Positions 32,444 through 40,652 of a stretch of DNA of 62,299 bases are shown piece by piece; the stretch's first letter is position 1; each line of letters begins with the position of its first letter. The stretch comes from an uncultured Clostridia bacterium (lineage in GTDB: Bacteria > Bacillota > Clostridia > Christensenellales > Borkfalkiaceae). The notes under the pieces were generated by a model that was not told where the DNA came from, ran no database searches, and saw only the letters and a program-made list of their open reading frames with translations. The translations under genes and the position numbers were made by a program. The stretch spans positions 1-62,299 of the forward strand of contig CANPXX010000001.1 of NCBI GenBank assembly GCA_947587085.1, in the 5' to 3' direction.

Positions 32444-34393
32444 ATGGAACCGCCTTCCGGGAAAAAGTGTATCGTCAACCTGCGTCCCCTCCTCGTGTGT
32501 GCCGCGGGGTTTTGTCTCGGATTCTTTTTGTATGAGCGCATCCGCTTCGGAGGGGGCTCGCCCGCCGATTGGCTTTTGCCGCTCCTGCTCTTTCTTGTAT
32601 TGCCGCCCTTCTCGCGGCGGCGCACGCTCGCCCTCCTTCTTCCCCTCGTCCTCTTTCTCGGCGCGGGCGTTCTCATGCTACATCTTGCGACCGAGCGCTT
32701 CCTCGGCGGTGCGGAGGCGGGCGAATACGAGGTGACGGGGGTGGTCGTCGAACTCTCGGCGCAGAGTGGATATGCGTCCGTTCTTTTGGACGAGCTCTCC
32801 TTCGACGGCGAGCGGCAGGAGGGCAAGCTCGCCGCGCGGCTCTCGGGCTCTCCCGAGATCGGGGACAGGGTGCGCTTTCATGCTTTGGTGGAGCGGACGG
32901 AGCTCTCGGCGGAGCGCGCCCTTTCCACCCGCTTTGCGGAGGACGCGCGCTATTGGGTGCAGAGCGCCTCGTACGAGCGGGCGGGCAAGACGGACGACCT
33001 CTTTGCGCGCCTCAGGGCGCAACTGCACATGCGGCTCGCGGCGGCGATGGGAGGCGAGGAGGCGGAGATCGCCTTTGCCCTTCTCACGGGCAATTCGGGC
33101 GGGATAGACGACGGGTTGGAGGAGGAGATCCGCACGGGCGGCATCGCGCACATCTTCGCGGTGTCGGGATTGCACATCGGAATTTTGTACGGCGCCCTCC
33201 TGTTCGCCTTCCGCCCCGCGGGACGGGCGGCGGCTCTGCCCGCGCTGGCGGGCGCCGCGGTGTATGCGGCGCTGTGCGGCTTTCCCGTCTCCACGGTGCG
33301 CGCCCTCCTCATGTGCGCCGCCCTCGCCGTCTACCGCCTCCTCGGGCGCAAGTACGATCTTCTGCAATCGCTTTCCTTTGCCGCGATCGCCGCCCTTTTG
33401 CTCTTTCCCGCGCAGTGGATGGGGCTCGGGTTCAAACTCTCGTTCGCGGCGTGTTGCGGGCTCGCCCTCTTTCAGCCCGTCTTTTTTCGTCTGTTCTCGG
33501 GCATACCCCTCTTCGGAGGTACCCTCGCCTCGTCGCTCGCGGCGCAGATCGCCGTCGCGCCCATCCTTCTCGAAGCGTTCGGGTTCGTGTCGGTGTGGGG
33601 GACGGCGCTCAACCTGCTCATCCTTCCCTTCCTGCCCGCTCTCTTTCTGCTTCTCTTCGGAACGGCTTCCTTCGCCCTCGCCTTTCCCGCCGCGGCGGGA
33701 GTCCTTATCCTGCCGCAGGGCGCCCTGTCCCTCCTCGTCTGGCTCTTCGCCGTGTGCGACTTCTCCCTCGTGATCTCGGGCTTCTCGCTCGGCGCGGGCG
33801 GCGCGGTGTACGCCGCGGGATGCGCACTGCTTTCCTGCCGCGTCCGCATGACGGGGAAGGTACGCGCCGCCGTCGCGGCGGCGCTCGCGGCGCTCTTCTG
33901 CTTCGCGGTGGCGGCGGAGAACGTGGTGATAGCGGGCTGTAAGATCGTCGCCTATACGCAGGGCGACGGGGACGCCGTCCTGTTCCGCACCAGCGGAGCC
34001 GCCGTGCTCGTCATCGACGGCGATCTCTCCCTTTCCGCCTGCGAGGACTTCCTCGCCCGCCGCTACGGGGGAGAGCTCACGGCGGTGCTCGTGCTCGCCG
34101 ACGACCCGGTGGAGGGGATCAACCGTGCGGCGTTCCTGCCCGCCCGCATGGTCTGCGCCAAGGAATATGCGGAGACGGGGCTCCATCACCCGCCCGTCTT
34201 TGGCGATAGTTTTTCCTTCGACGGCATGCTCTTCCGTTTCGAGAGCAGGGAGAAGCTGAGCGTACAGGCGGAGGACGCCGTCGTGGAAGTGGACTTCTCG
34301 CACGGAGAGGGGCTCGGCGCCGACCTCTTCCTGCAAAAGGGCGGCGGGGGCTTGAAATTTTATCTGAGGCGTGGTATAATCGTATCGCTATGA
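32444..34393 (+). CDS. comEC: ComEC/Rec2-family DNA internalisation channel protein
   Basis: Polytopic membrane protein with the competence-domain motif GIAHIFAVSGLHIGILYG and a C-terminal MBL-like domain beginning YTQGDGDAVLF...VIDGD. Confidence 0.85.
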   Translation: MEPPSGKKCIVNLRPLLVCAAGFCLGFFLYERIRFGGGSPADWLLPLLLFLVLPPFSRRRTLALLLPLVLFLGAGVLMLHLATERFLGGAEAGEYEVTGVVVELSAQSGYASVLLDELSFDGERQEGKLAARLSGSPEIGDRVRFHALVERTELSAERALSTRFAEDARYWVQSASYERAGKTDDLFARLRAQLHMRLAAAMGGEEAEIAFALLTGNSGGIDDGLEEEIRTGGIAHIFAVSGLHIGILYGALLFAFRPAGRAAALPALAGAAVYAALCGFPVSTVRALLMCAALAVYRLLGRKYDLLQSLSFAAIAALLLFPAQWMGLGFKLSFAACCGLALFQPVFFRLFSGIPLFGGTLASSLAAQIAVAPILLEAFGFVSVWGTALNLLILPFLPALFLLLFGTASFALAFPAAAGVLILPQGALSLLVWLFAVCDFSLVISGFSLGAGGAVYAAGCALLSCRVRMTGKVRAAVAAALAALFCFAVAAENVVIAGCKIVAYTQGDGDAVLFRTSGAAVLVIDGDLSLSACEDFLARRYGGELTAVLVLADDPVEGINRAAFLPARMVCAKEYAETGLHHPPVFGDSFSFDGMLFRFESREKLSVQAEDAVVEVDFSHGEGLGADLFLQKGGGGLKFYLRRGIIVSL

Positions 34394-35370
34394 AATTCAT
34401 ACAGCTTGCGGGGAGTCTGAAAGAGAACATCGCGCCCGTCTATCTGGCGGAGGGCGAGGAGGCGTACTTCCGCGACCATACCGTCGCGCAGGTGCGGGAC
34501 GCCTGTGCGCTCCGCATGCCCGCGCTCAACGACGTGCGCTACGAGGGCGAGACGCTCAAAGGCGACAGGCTCGCCGCCTTCGGGGCGGAACTGCGCACGG
34601 CGCCCTTTCTCGACGGGAGGCGGCTGGTGCGCGTCTATGAATGGTATCCGACCGAGCGGGAGTGGGAGAGCGCGCTCGCGCCCTATCTCGCCGCGCCCTG
34701 TCCCACGACGGCGCTCGTCGTCTCCAACGCGGGCAAGAAGGGCGCGTTCGATTGGAAGCGCCGCGCGGGCGTGACCTTCGTGGACTGCGGGCGGGAGAGC
34801 GAGGAGACGCTCTGCCGCTGGCTCCTCGGCGTCGCGCGGAAGCTCGGAATGACTTTGGACGGCGACGCGGCGCCCCTCTTCGTGCGCTATTGCAACCGCG
34901 ACGCGGCGCGGCTCCGCCTCGAAGCGGAGAAGCTGCAAAGGCTGCTCGGCGAGGGCGGGCGCATCACCCGCGCCGCGGTGGAGGAGAACGTCGCCAAGGA
35001 CACCGAGTACAAGGTGTACGAGCTCACGCAGGCGGCTTCGCGGGGCAATCATGCGGCGTTTTGCGAAATTTTGCACGATCTCACCGAGAAGGGGTTCGAC
35101 GAGACGGCGGCGCTCTCGGCGCTCGTCTCGCACTATCGCTCTCTCCTCGAAGTCTCTCAGATGCGGGGGAGCGACGCGGAGGTCGCAAAGGCGCTCGGCG
35201 TGAAGCCGTATGCGGTGCAGAAGAACCGCGAGGCGGCGGCGCGGCTCGGGAAGGACAAGGTGCGGCGGCTCTACTTGGATCTGTACGGATTGGGCGCGGA
35301 CGTGCGCGGCGGGAATCTCTCCAAATCGGGCGCGCTTTCCGCCGCCATCGCGAAAATATTTTTCGGATAG
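34390..35370 (+). CDS. holA: DNA polymerase III delta subunit
   Basis: 326 aa starting PVYLAEGEEAYF... Its position directly after comEC (ATGA overlap) matches the arrangement in Bacillus and Clostridia. Confidence 0.8.
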   Translation: MKFIQLAGSLKENIAPVYLAEGEEAYFRDHTVAQVRDACALRMPALNDVRYEGETLKGDRLAAFGAELRTAPFLDGRRLVRVYEWYPTEREWESALAPYLAAPCPTTALVVSNAGKKGAFDWKRRAGVTFVDCGRESEETLCRWLLGVARKLGMTLDGDAAPLFVRYCNRDAARLRLEAEKLQRLLGEGGRITRAAVEENVAKDTEYKVYELTQAASRGNHAAFCEILHDLTEKGFDETAALSALVSHYRSLLEVSQMRGSDAEVAKALGVKPYAVQKNREAAARLGKDKVRRLYLDLYGLGADVRGGNLSKSGALSAAIAKIFFG

Positions 35371-35391
35371 CGCAAAATAAGGGGAAAAGGT

Positions 35392-35419
35392 TTGCATTTT
35401 TCCGCAAATTCGCTATAAT
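35392..35419 (+). promoter_or_regulatory. Candidate promoter for the cdaA operon
   Basis: TTGCAT, a 16-nt spacer, then TATAAT. The leader contains the hairpin gcgcgc-ttcg-gcgcgc just before RBS AGGAGG. Confidence 0.5.
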
Positions 35420-35461
35420 GAAGTTGAAACACGCGCGCTTCGGCGCGCAAGAGGAGGAATC

Positions 35462-36295
35462 ATGCGTACGCCTGCCGAAGTGTGGGAGGGGATCGAGTCC
35501 GTTTTTTTGGATTTCCATTGGATCATCGTCCTCGAAGCGCTCTTCATCTGCATCATCGCATATGTCGTCTTGAAAACGCTGTGGGATAACAACGCCAAGC
35601 GCTTTATTCCCGTATATATCTTTCTCATCCTGCTCACGGGGACCATCGCCCTCTTCTCCGAGAAGGTGGACTCGGGGATGTTCTACATGTTCCTCATGCT
35701 GCTCTCCCTCTTCTTTCTCTTCCTGTTCAGCGTGGAGATCAAGCGCGGCATCTGGAACGCGGGCAAGCGCGTCCCCAAGACGTCGTCCTCTGCGAGCGCC
35801 GCCCGCTCCACCGCCGTCGCCGCCCGCGCCGACGAGTATGTGACGGGCATCGTGAAGGCGGTGCAGAGCCTCTCCAAGAACAACACGGGGGCGCTCATCG
35901 TGCTCTCCAACGGCAACCTGCCCAAGGAGATCATCGACAGCGGCGTCACCCTCAACGCCAAGATCTCCAACCAGCTTATCGAGGGAATCTTCATCCCCAA
36001 GGCGCCTTTGCATGACGGCGCCATGATCATCTACGGCGACAAGATTCAGGCGGCGGGGTGCTTCTTGCCCCTCACCCAGAAGGACTTCCCCAAGGACTAC
36101 GGCACCCGCCACCGCGCGGGCATCGGCGTGACCGAGGTGGCGGACGTATCCACCATCATCGTGTCGGAGGAGACGGGCATCGTCTCCGTCGTCAAGCACG
36201 GCGAGATCACGCGGTATGTGGACTCCGAGAGCTTGAAACGCTTCTTGAAGGAATATTATTGGAAAGAATTTAACGCGGAGGGCAAGAAGGCATGA
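35462..36295 (+). CDS. cdaA: Diadenylate cyclase CdaA (DisA_N domain, three N-terminal TM helices)
   Basis: TGALIVL....LHDGAMII......AGCFLPL......YGTRHRAGIGVTE..D...IIVSEETG.VS. Confidence 0.9.
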   Translation: MRTPAEVWEGIESVFLDFHWIIVLEALFICIIAYVVLKTLWDNNAKRFIPVYIFLILLTGTIALFSEKVDSGMFYMFLMLLSLFFLFLFSVEIKRGIWNAGKRVPKTSSSASAARSTAVAARADEYVTGIVKAVQSLSKNNTGALIVLSNGNLPKEIIDSGVTLNAKISNQLIEGIFIPKAPLHDGAMIIYGDKIQAAGCFLPLTQKDFPKDYGTRHRAGIGVTEVADVSTIIVSEETGIVSVVKHGEITRYVDSESLKRFLKEYYWKEFNAEGKKA

Positions 36296-36402
36296 AATTT
36301 CTCGAGACGCTCAAAAAGGTATTTCTGCAAAACATCCCCCTCAAATTGCTCGCCGCCGTGCTTGCGGTCGTCTGCGTCGTCATCCTCAACGCGGTATCAT
36401 GA
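36292..36402 (+). CDS. 36-codon ORF resembling only the N-terminal TM helix of CdaR/YbbR (possible remnant or micro-protein)
   Basis: The sequence is MKFLETLKKVFLQNIPLKLLAAVLAVVCVVILNAVS. It has ATGA overlaps with both cdaA (36292) and the next gene (36399). It is too short for the ORF track. Confidence 0.4.
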   Translation: MKFLETLKKVFLQNIPLKLLAAVLAVVCVVILNAVS

Positions 36403-37565
36403 AGAACTGTTTGAAGATCCCGCGCATTCTCATTCCGCGCGGCGATATCTCGCTGTGGCCGGTGATCGCATGCGACCAGCATACCTCCGACCGAGCCTAT
36501 TGGGAGCGCGTGGAGCGTCTCGTGGGGGACGCGCCATCGACGCTTCGTTTCATCTTGCCCGAAGTCTATCTCGGGGAGGACAACGCGGAGCGCATCGAAG
36601 AGATCCACGAGGCGATGTACCGTGCGCTCGAAGAGGATCAGGTGGAGAAGCTCACGCGCGGGTTCATCTATGTGGAGCGGAGCACCTCCTCGGGCGTGCG
36701 GCGCGGCATCGTCGCCGCCATCGACCTCGAACAGTACACCTGTGAGAAGGGGGTCACCTCGCCCATCCGTTCCTCGGAGGAGGTAGTGCCCTCCCGCCTG
36801 CCCGCCCGCGTGGAGGTGCGCAGGGGAGCCCCCCTCGAATTCCCGCACGCCATCCTCTTTTACCGCGACAAGAAGGGGAAGATCGACCATGCGCTCCGCC
36901 GTCAGGGGCTCGAACCGCTGTATGAGACGGAACTCATGGAGGGCGGCGGGCATGTGAAGGGGTCCTTCATCCCCGAGGACCTCGCGGAGGAGATCGCCGA
37001 GGAGCTCCATACCCGCGGCGAGCCCTGTTTCGCGGTCGCCGACGGCAACCATTCGGTGGCGGCGGCGAAGGCGTATTGGGAGGAGATCAAGCCCACGTTA
37101 AAGCGCGGGGAGCTCGCCTCCCACCCGGCGCGGTTCACCCTCGTGGAGCTCGTCAATCTATACGACGGCGCCGTCGTGTTCCGCCCCATCCACCGCCTCG
37201 CGAAGGGGGTGGATACCGAGGCGCTCATCGGGGAATTCATGCGCGCCGTGCGGTGCAAGCGCGTGGGCAACGTGCTGTATCCCGCCTTTTCGCACTGTGC
37301 GGAGGGCGTCGCGCGGACGGACGCGCTCTTGGAGGACCTCGTGCGGCGCCGCGGCGGGACGATCGACTATATCCACGGCGACGATACCCTTCTCCGCCTC
37401 GCGCAGGAGAGCGGCAACGTGGGCATTTTCCTGCCCGCGCTCGACAAGGACGACTTTTTCCCCGCGCTCAAAGGGGGCGCCAATCTGCCCAAAAAGACGT
37501 TCTCCCTCGGCGAGGCGCAGGAGAAACGATACTACATCGAAGGCAGGGAGATCTGCTATGATTAA
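36399..37565 (+). CDS. DUF1015-like protein
   Basis: 388 aa. The central motif AVADGNHSVAAAKAYW resembles the ADGHHR signature of DUF1015. The assignment is tentative. Confidence 0.55.
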   Translation: MKNCLKIPRILIPRGDISLWPVIACDQHTSDRAYWERVERLVGDAPSTLRFILPEVYLGEDNAERIEEIHEAMYRALEEDQVEKLTRGFIYVERSTSSGVRRGIVAAIDLEQYTCEKGVTSPIRSSEEVVPSRLPARVEVRRGAPLEFPHAILFYRDKKGKIDHALRRQGLEPLYETELMEGGGHVKGSFIPEDLAEEIAEELHTRGEPCFAVADGNHSVAAAKAYWEEIKPTLKRGELASHPARFTLVELVNLYDGAVVFRPIHRLAKGVDTEALIGEFMRAVRCKRVGNVLYPAFSHCAEGVARTDALLEDLVRRRGGTIDYIHGDDTLLRLAQESGNVGIFLPALDKDDFFPALKGGANLPKKTFSLGEAQEKRYYIEGREICYD

Positions 37566-38874
37566 AGTGTGTAAATTCGGCGGGACGTCGATGGCGGACG
37601 GGAACACCATGCTCCGCGTGAAGGCGATCGTCGAGGGCGATCCCGCCCGCCGCTACATCGTCGTCTCCGCCCCCGGAAAGCGGTACGGCGGCGACGAGAA
37701 GGTGACCGATCTTCTCTATGCCGTGCATGAAGAGGTCGCAGAGAGCGGTCACGTCGGCGAACGGTACGAAAGAGTGCGCGCCCGCTTTTCGGGCGTGGCG
37801 CGCGAGCTGGGGCTCTCCCTCGACATCGAGGGCATCCTCGACGAGACGGCGAAAGAGATCGAGGCGGAGAACACGCCCGATTTCGTCGCGTCCCGCGGGG
37901 AATATCTCTCCGCGCGCATGATGGCGGCATTGCTCGGCGTGCCCTTCGTGGACGCGCGCGACGTCGTCAAGTTCGACGCGGAGGGGAGGTTGGACGAGCG
38001 GACCTATCCGCTTCTTCGGGAGGCGTTGAAGGGCAAGCGGCGCGCCGTCGTCGCGGGCTTTTACGGCGAGGGGGCGGACGGCAAGATCCGCACCTTCTCC
38101 CGCGGCGGGAGCGACATCTCGGGCGCCGTCGTTGCGCGGGCGGCGGGCGCGGACGTCTATGAGAATTGGACGGACGTGAGCGGCTTCATGGCGTGCGATC
38201 CGCGCATCGTGGAGAATCCCGTGCTCATCCGCTCGCTCTCCTATAAGGAGCTCCGCGAGCTCTCGTATATGGGCGCCAACGTGCTGCACAGCGAATCTAT
38301 CTTCCCCGTGCGCGAGGCGAATATCCCCATCCGCATCAAGAATACCTTCCGCCCCGAGGACGAGGGCACGCTCATCCTTCCCACGTCGCGCTATACCTTC
38401 GGCGGGCGCACCGTCACGGGCATTGCGGGGAAGAAGAATTTCACCGTCATCTTTATCGAGAAGTCGCTCATGAACGCCGAAGTGGGCTTCGCCTACCGCG
38501 TGCTCGCCCTCCTCGTGAAGCACAACATCACCTTCGAACACATGCCCTCGGGAATCGATACCATGTCGTTCGTGATCGACAGCTCGGTGCTCGGGCACGG
38601 CGTCCTCGAACAGCTGTGCGAGGAGATCCGCGAGGAGGTGCACCCGGGCGTGCTCCGCGTGTTCGACAACATCAGCCTCATCGCCGTCGTGGGACACGGC
38701 ATGAGCCGCGCCGTGGGTACCGCCTCCCGCATCTTCCGCGCCATCGCGGACGCGGGCGTCAACGTCCGCATGATCGATCAGGGCTCCTCCGAGATCAACG
38801 TCATCGTCGGCGTGGACAACGAGAATTACGAGCGCACCCTTCGCGCCGTGTACAACGAATTTTTCCGCGAGTGA
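37558..38874 (+). CDS. lysC: Aspartate kinase
   Basis: Opens with MIKVCKFGGTSMAD and contains VVSA.G..T..L and SRGGSD.S. The C-terminus has ACT-like repeats. It overlaps the upstream stop by 8 nt. Confidence 0.9.
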   Translation: MIKVCKFGGTSMADGNTMLRVKAIVEGDPARRYIVVSAPGKRYGGDEKVTDLLYAVHEEVAESGHVGERYERVRARFSGVARELGLSLDIEGILDETAKEIEAENTPDFVASRGEYLSARMMAALLGVPFVDARDVVKFDAEGRLDERTYPLLREALKGKRRAVVAGFYGEGADGKIRTFSRGGSDISGAVVARAAGADVYENWTDVSGFMACDPRIVENPVLIRSLSYKELRELSYMGANVLHSESIFPVREANIPIRIKNTFRPEDEGTLILPTSRYTFGGRTVTGIAGKKNFTVIFIEKSLMNAEVGFAYRVLALLVKHNITFEHMPSGIDTMSFVIDSSVLGHGVLEQLCEEIREEVHPGVLRVFDNISLIAVVGHGMSRAVGTASRIFRAIADAGVNVRMIDQGSSEINVIVGVDNENYERTLRAVYNEFFRE

Positions 38875-38880
38875 TCGACC

Positions 38881-39390
38881 TGTCGCAGGGGAAGGTTTCG
38901 CGAAATTCTTCATCGAATAGCCACGCGCGGTGCACAGGCGCCGCGCGTGTTCTTATAATAAGGGCAAAGAATTTCGCGACGGAAATTAGCGGGGATGGGT
39001 AACGTGGTTTTGTCTCTCCATCGCTTGCTCCGACAACAAGCGCGTACGAGCCGCGCAAATTGAGGCGCGCTCCGCAAAATGCGATTTTGCTCCGCGCGAC
39101 AAGAATTTGAATGGAAGGGCGCTTCTCTTATGTCATGCCGCCCGACGCGAGGTTTCTATTGTAGACCAAGCGCGGGAGCATTCTTTCATGTCATTTTGAG
39201 CGGAGGCGAAGCCGAAGTCGAAAAATCTCTACCTTATGATAGTAATGCGGTAGAGATGTTTCGACTCGAGAGCCCACGTCCAGCGGACGTGGGCTCTCGG
39301 CTCAACATGACAAATTGGAATGTACCGCGCGTGTTCTTATAATAAGGGCAAAGAATTTCGCGAAACTAACAATTTCTCGAAATATTTATA
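38881..39390. repeat. Mosaic intergenic repeat island 1 (modules R1, R2, R3)
   Basis: R1 (ccgcgcgtgttcttataataagggcaaagaatttcgcga) is at 38941-38980 and 39325-39363. R2 is at 39021-39100. R3, a long imperfect palindrome with an embedded GC hairpin gagcccacgtcc...ggacgtgggctc, is at 39190-39311. All three recur at 44941-45400. Confidence 0.85.
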
Positions 39391-39394
39391 TCGC

Positions 39395-40033
39395 TTATTT
39401 TGTGCCGAACAGTCTGTCGCCCGCGTCGCCGAGACCGGGCAGGATGTACCCGTGTTCGTTGAGACAGCGGTCCAGCGTGGATACATAGACGGACACGTCG
39501 GGGTGCGCTTTGGCGACCCGCTCCACGCCCTCGGGCGCGCCGATGACCGACATGAAGATGATCTTGGTCGCCCCGCGCTTTTTGAGCGCGTCGATGGCGT
39601 CGCAGGCGGAGCCGCCCGTCGCGAGCATGGGGTCCACGAGGAACACCGTCTTGGAGCCGATGTCGGGGGGGAGCTTGCAGTAATATTCCTGCGGTTCGAG
39701 CGTCTCCTCGTCCCGATACATGCCGATGTGACCGACCGCCGCCGTCGGGAACACGCGGTGTACGCCGTTCACCATCCCGAGCCCCGCCCGCAGGATGGGC
39801 ACGATGACTACGCTCTCCGATTGGATGCGGTAGCCCGTCGTCACCTCGAGAGGGGTCTCCACCTGCACGGGGACGAGCTCCACGTCCCGCATGCTCTCGT
39901 ACGTCATGACCATGGCGATCTCTTCGACGAGCTCGCGGAATTCCTTGGTGCCCGTGCGCTTGTCGCGCAGGATGCCGATCTTGTGCTTGATGAGGGGGTG
40001 ATCGAACAGAAATACGTTGGGGTATTGTTTCAT
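39395..40033 (-). CDS. upp: Uracil phosphoribosyltransferase
   Basis: Opens with [19 protein letters not shown] and contains the PRPP motif [13 protein letters not shown]. Confidence 0.95.
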   Translation of the reverse strand: MKQYPNVFLFDHPLIKHKIGILRDKRTGTKEFRELVEEIAMVMTYESMRDVELVPVQVETPLEVTTGYRIQSESVVIVPILRAGLGMVNGVHRVFPTAAVGHIGMYRDEETLEPQEYYCKLPPDIGSKTVFLVDPMLATGGSACDAIDALKKRGATKIIFMSVIGAPEGVERVAKAHPDVSVYVSTLDRCLNEHGYILPGLGDAGDRLFGTK

Positions 40034-40061
40034 GATTCCTTTCTCCTCGGCGATGTGCCGT

Positions 40062-40652
40062 TTATTCCGTGCGCTCCACGATCTTTGAGATCGTCGAAAG
40101 AAGCTCGTCCTTCCCCTCTCCCGTGAGCGCGGAGGTGCAGACGACGTTTCCCTCTCCCAGCCCGTAGGCGTTCGCGATCGCCCGCACGCGCTCCCGACGC
40201 TTCATGCGGGAGAGCTTGTCGCTCTTCGTCGCGACGACGGTGAAGGGGAGGATGTGATAGTTCAAAAATTCCGCCATCTGCAAGTCCTCCGCGGAGGGGT
40301 CGCGGCGGAGATCGGCGAGCAGAAAGACGTGGGAGATGTGCTCCTTCGCGGCAAAGAAGGCGTCCAGCGTCTGCGCCCATCTCCGCTTCTCCTCCTTGGA
40401 GACCGCCGCATAGCCGTAGCCGGGGAGGTCGGCGAGGAGAAATTCCCCGAAGTCGAAGTAGTTCACAAGGCGGGTCCTGCCGGGCGCGGCGCTCGTCTTG
40501 GCGAGCCGCTTCTGCCCCGCGAGCAGGTTGATGAGCGAGCTCTTGCCGGAGTTGCTCCTCCCGCACATGACGAGCATGGGCTTTTGGGGGACGAGGAACT
40601 GTGCCGCCGTCGCCGCCGAGAGGAGGAATCTCGCCTCCTTAATGCGCAGCAT
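40062..40652 (-). CDS. engB: Ribosome biogenesis GTPase YihA/YsxC
   Basis: G1 motif [13 protein letters not shown]2 motif PGRT and G3 motif DLPGYG. It sits directly downstream of lon, as in Bacillus. Confidence 0.9.
   Translation of the reverse strand: MLRIKEARFLLSAATAAQFLVPQKPMLVMCGRSNSGKSSLINLLAGQKRLAKTSAAPGRTRLVNYFDFGEFLLADLPGYGYAAVSKEEKRRWAQTLDAFFAAKEHISHVFLLADLRRDPSAEDLQMAEFLNYHILPFTVVATKSDKLSRMKRRERVRAIANAYGLGEGNVVCTSALTGEGKDELLSTISKIVERTE

Noticed and set aside
32293-32826. N-terminal 178 aa of the 431-aa minus-strand ORF 31531-32826
   Set aside because: This part is low-complexity, basic, Ser/Arg/Pro-rich sequence that overlaps the comEC promoter and coding start. A good RBS precedes the internal ATG at 32292.
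39190-39311. Hammerhead-ribozyme-like strings (TGTTGAG ... stem ... GTCGAAAC) in repeat module R3 (also at 45283-45388)
   Set aside because: The core deviates from CUGAUGA at an essential position and has extra nucleotides before GAAA. The second arm copy deviates further. The evidence is insufficient.
39079-39342. Small ORFs inside the repeat islands (39079-39342, 45033-45362, 45028-45390, 38801-39058)
   Set aside because: They are composed of the repeated, palindromic modules, lack RBSs, and are mutually overlapping on both strands.
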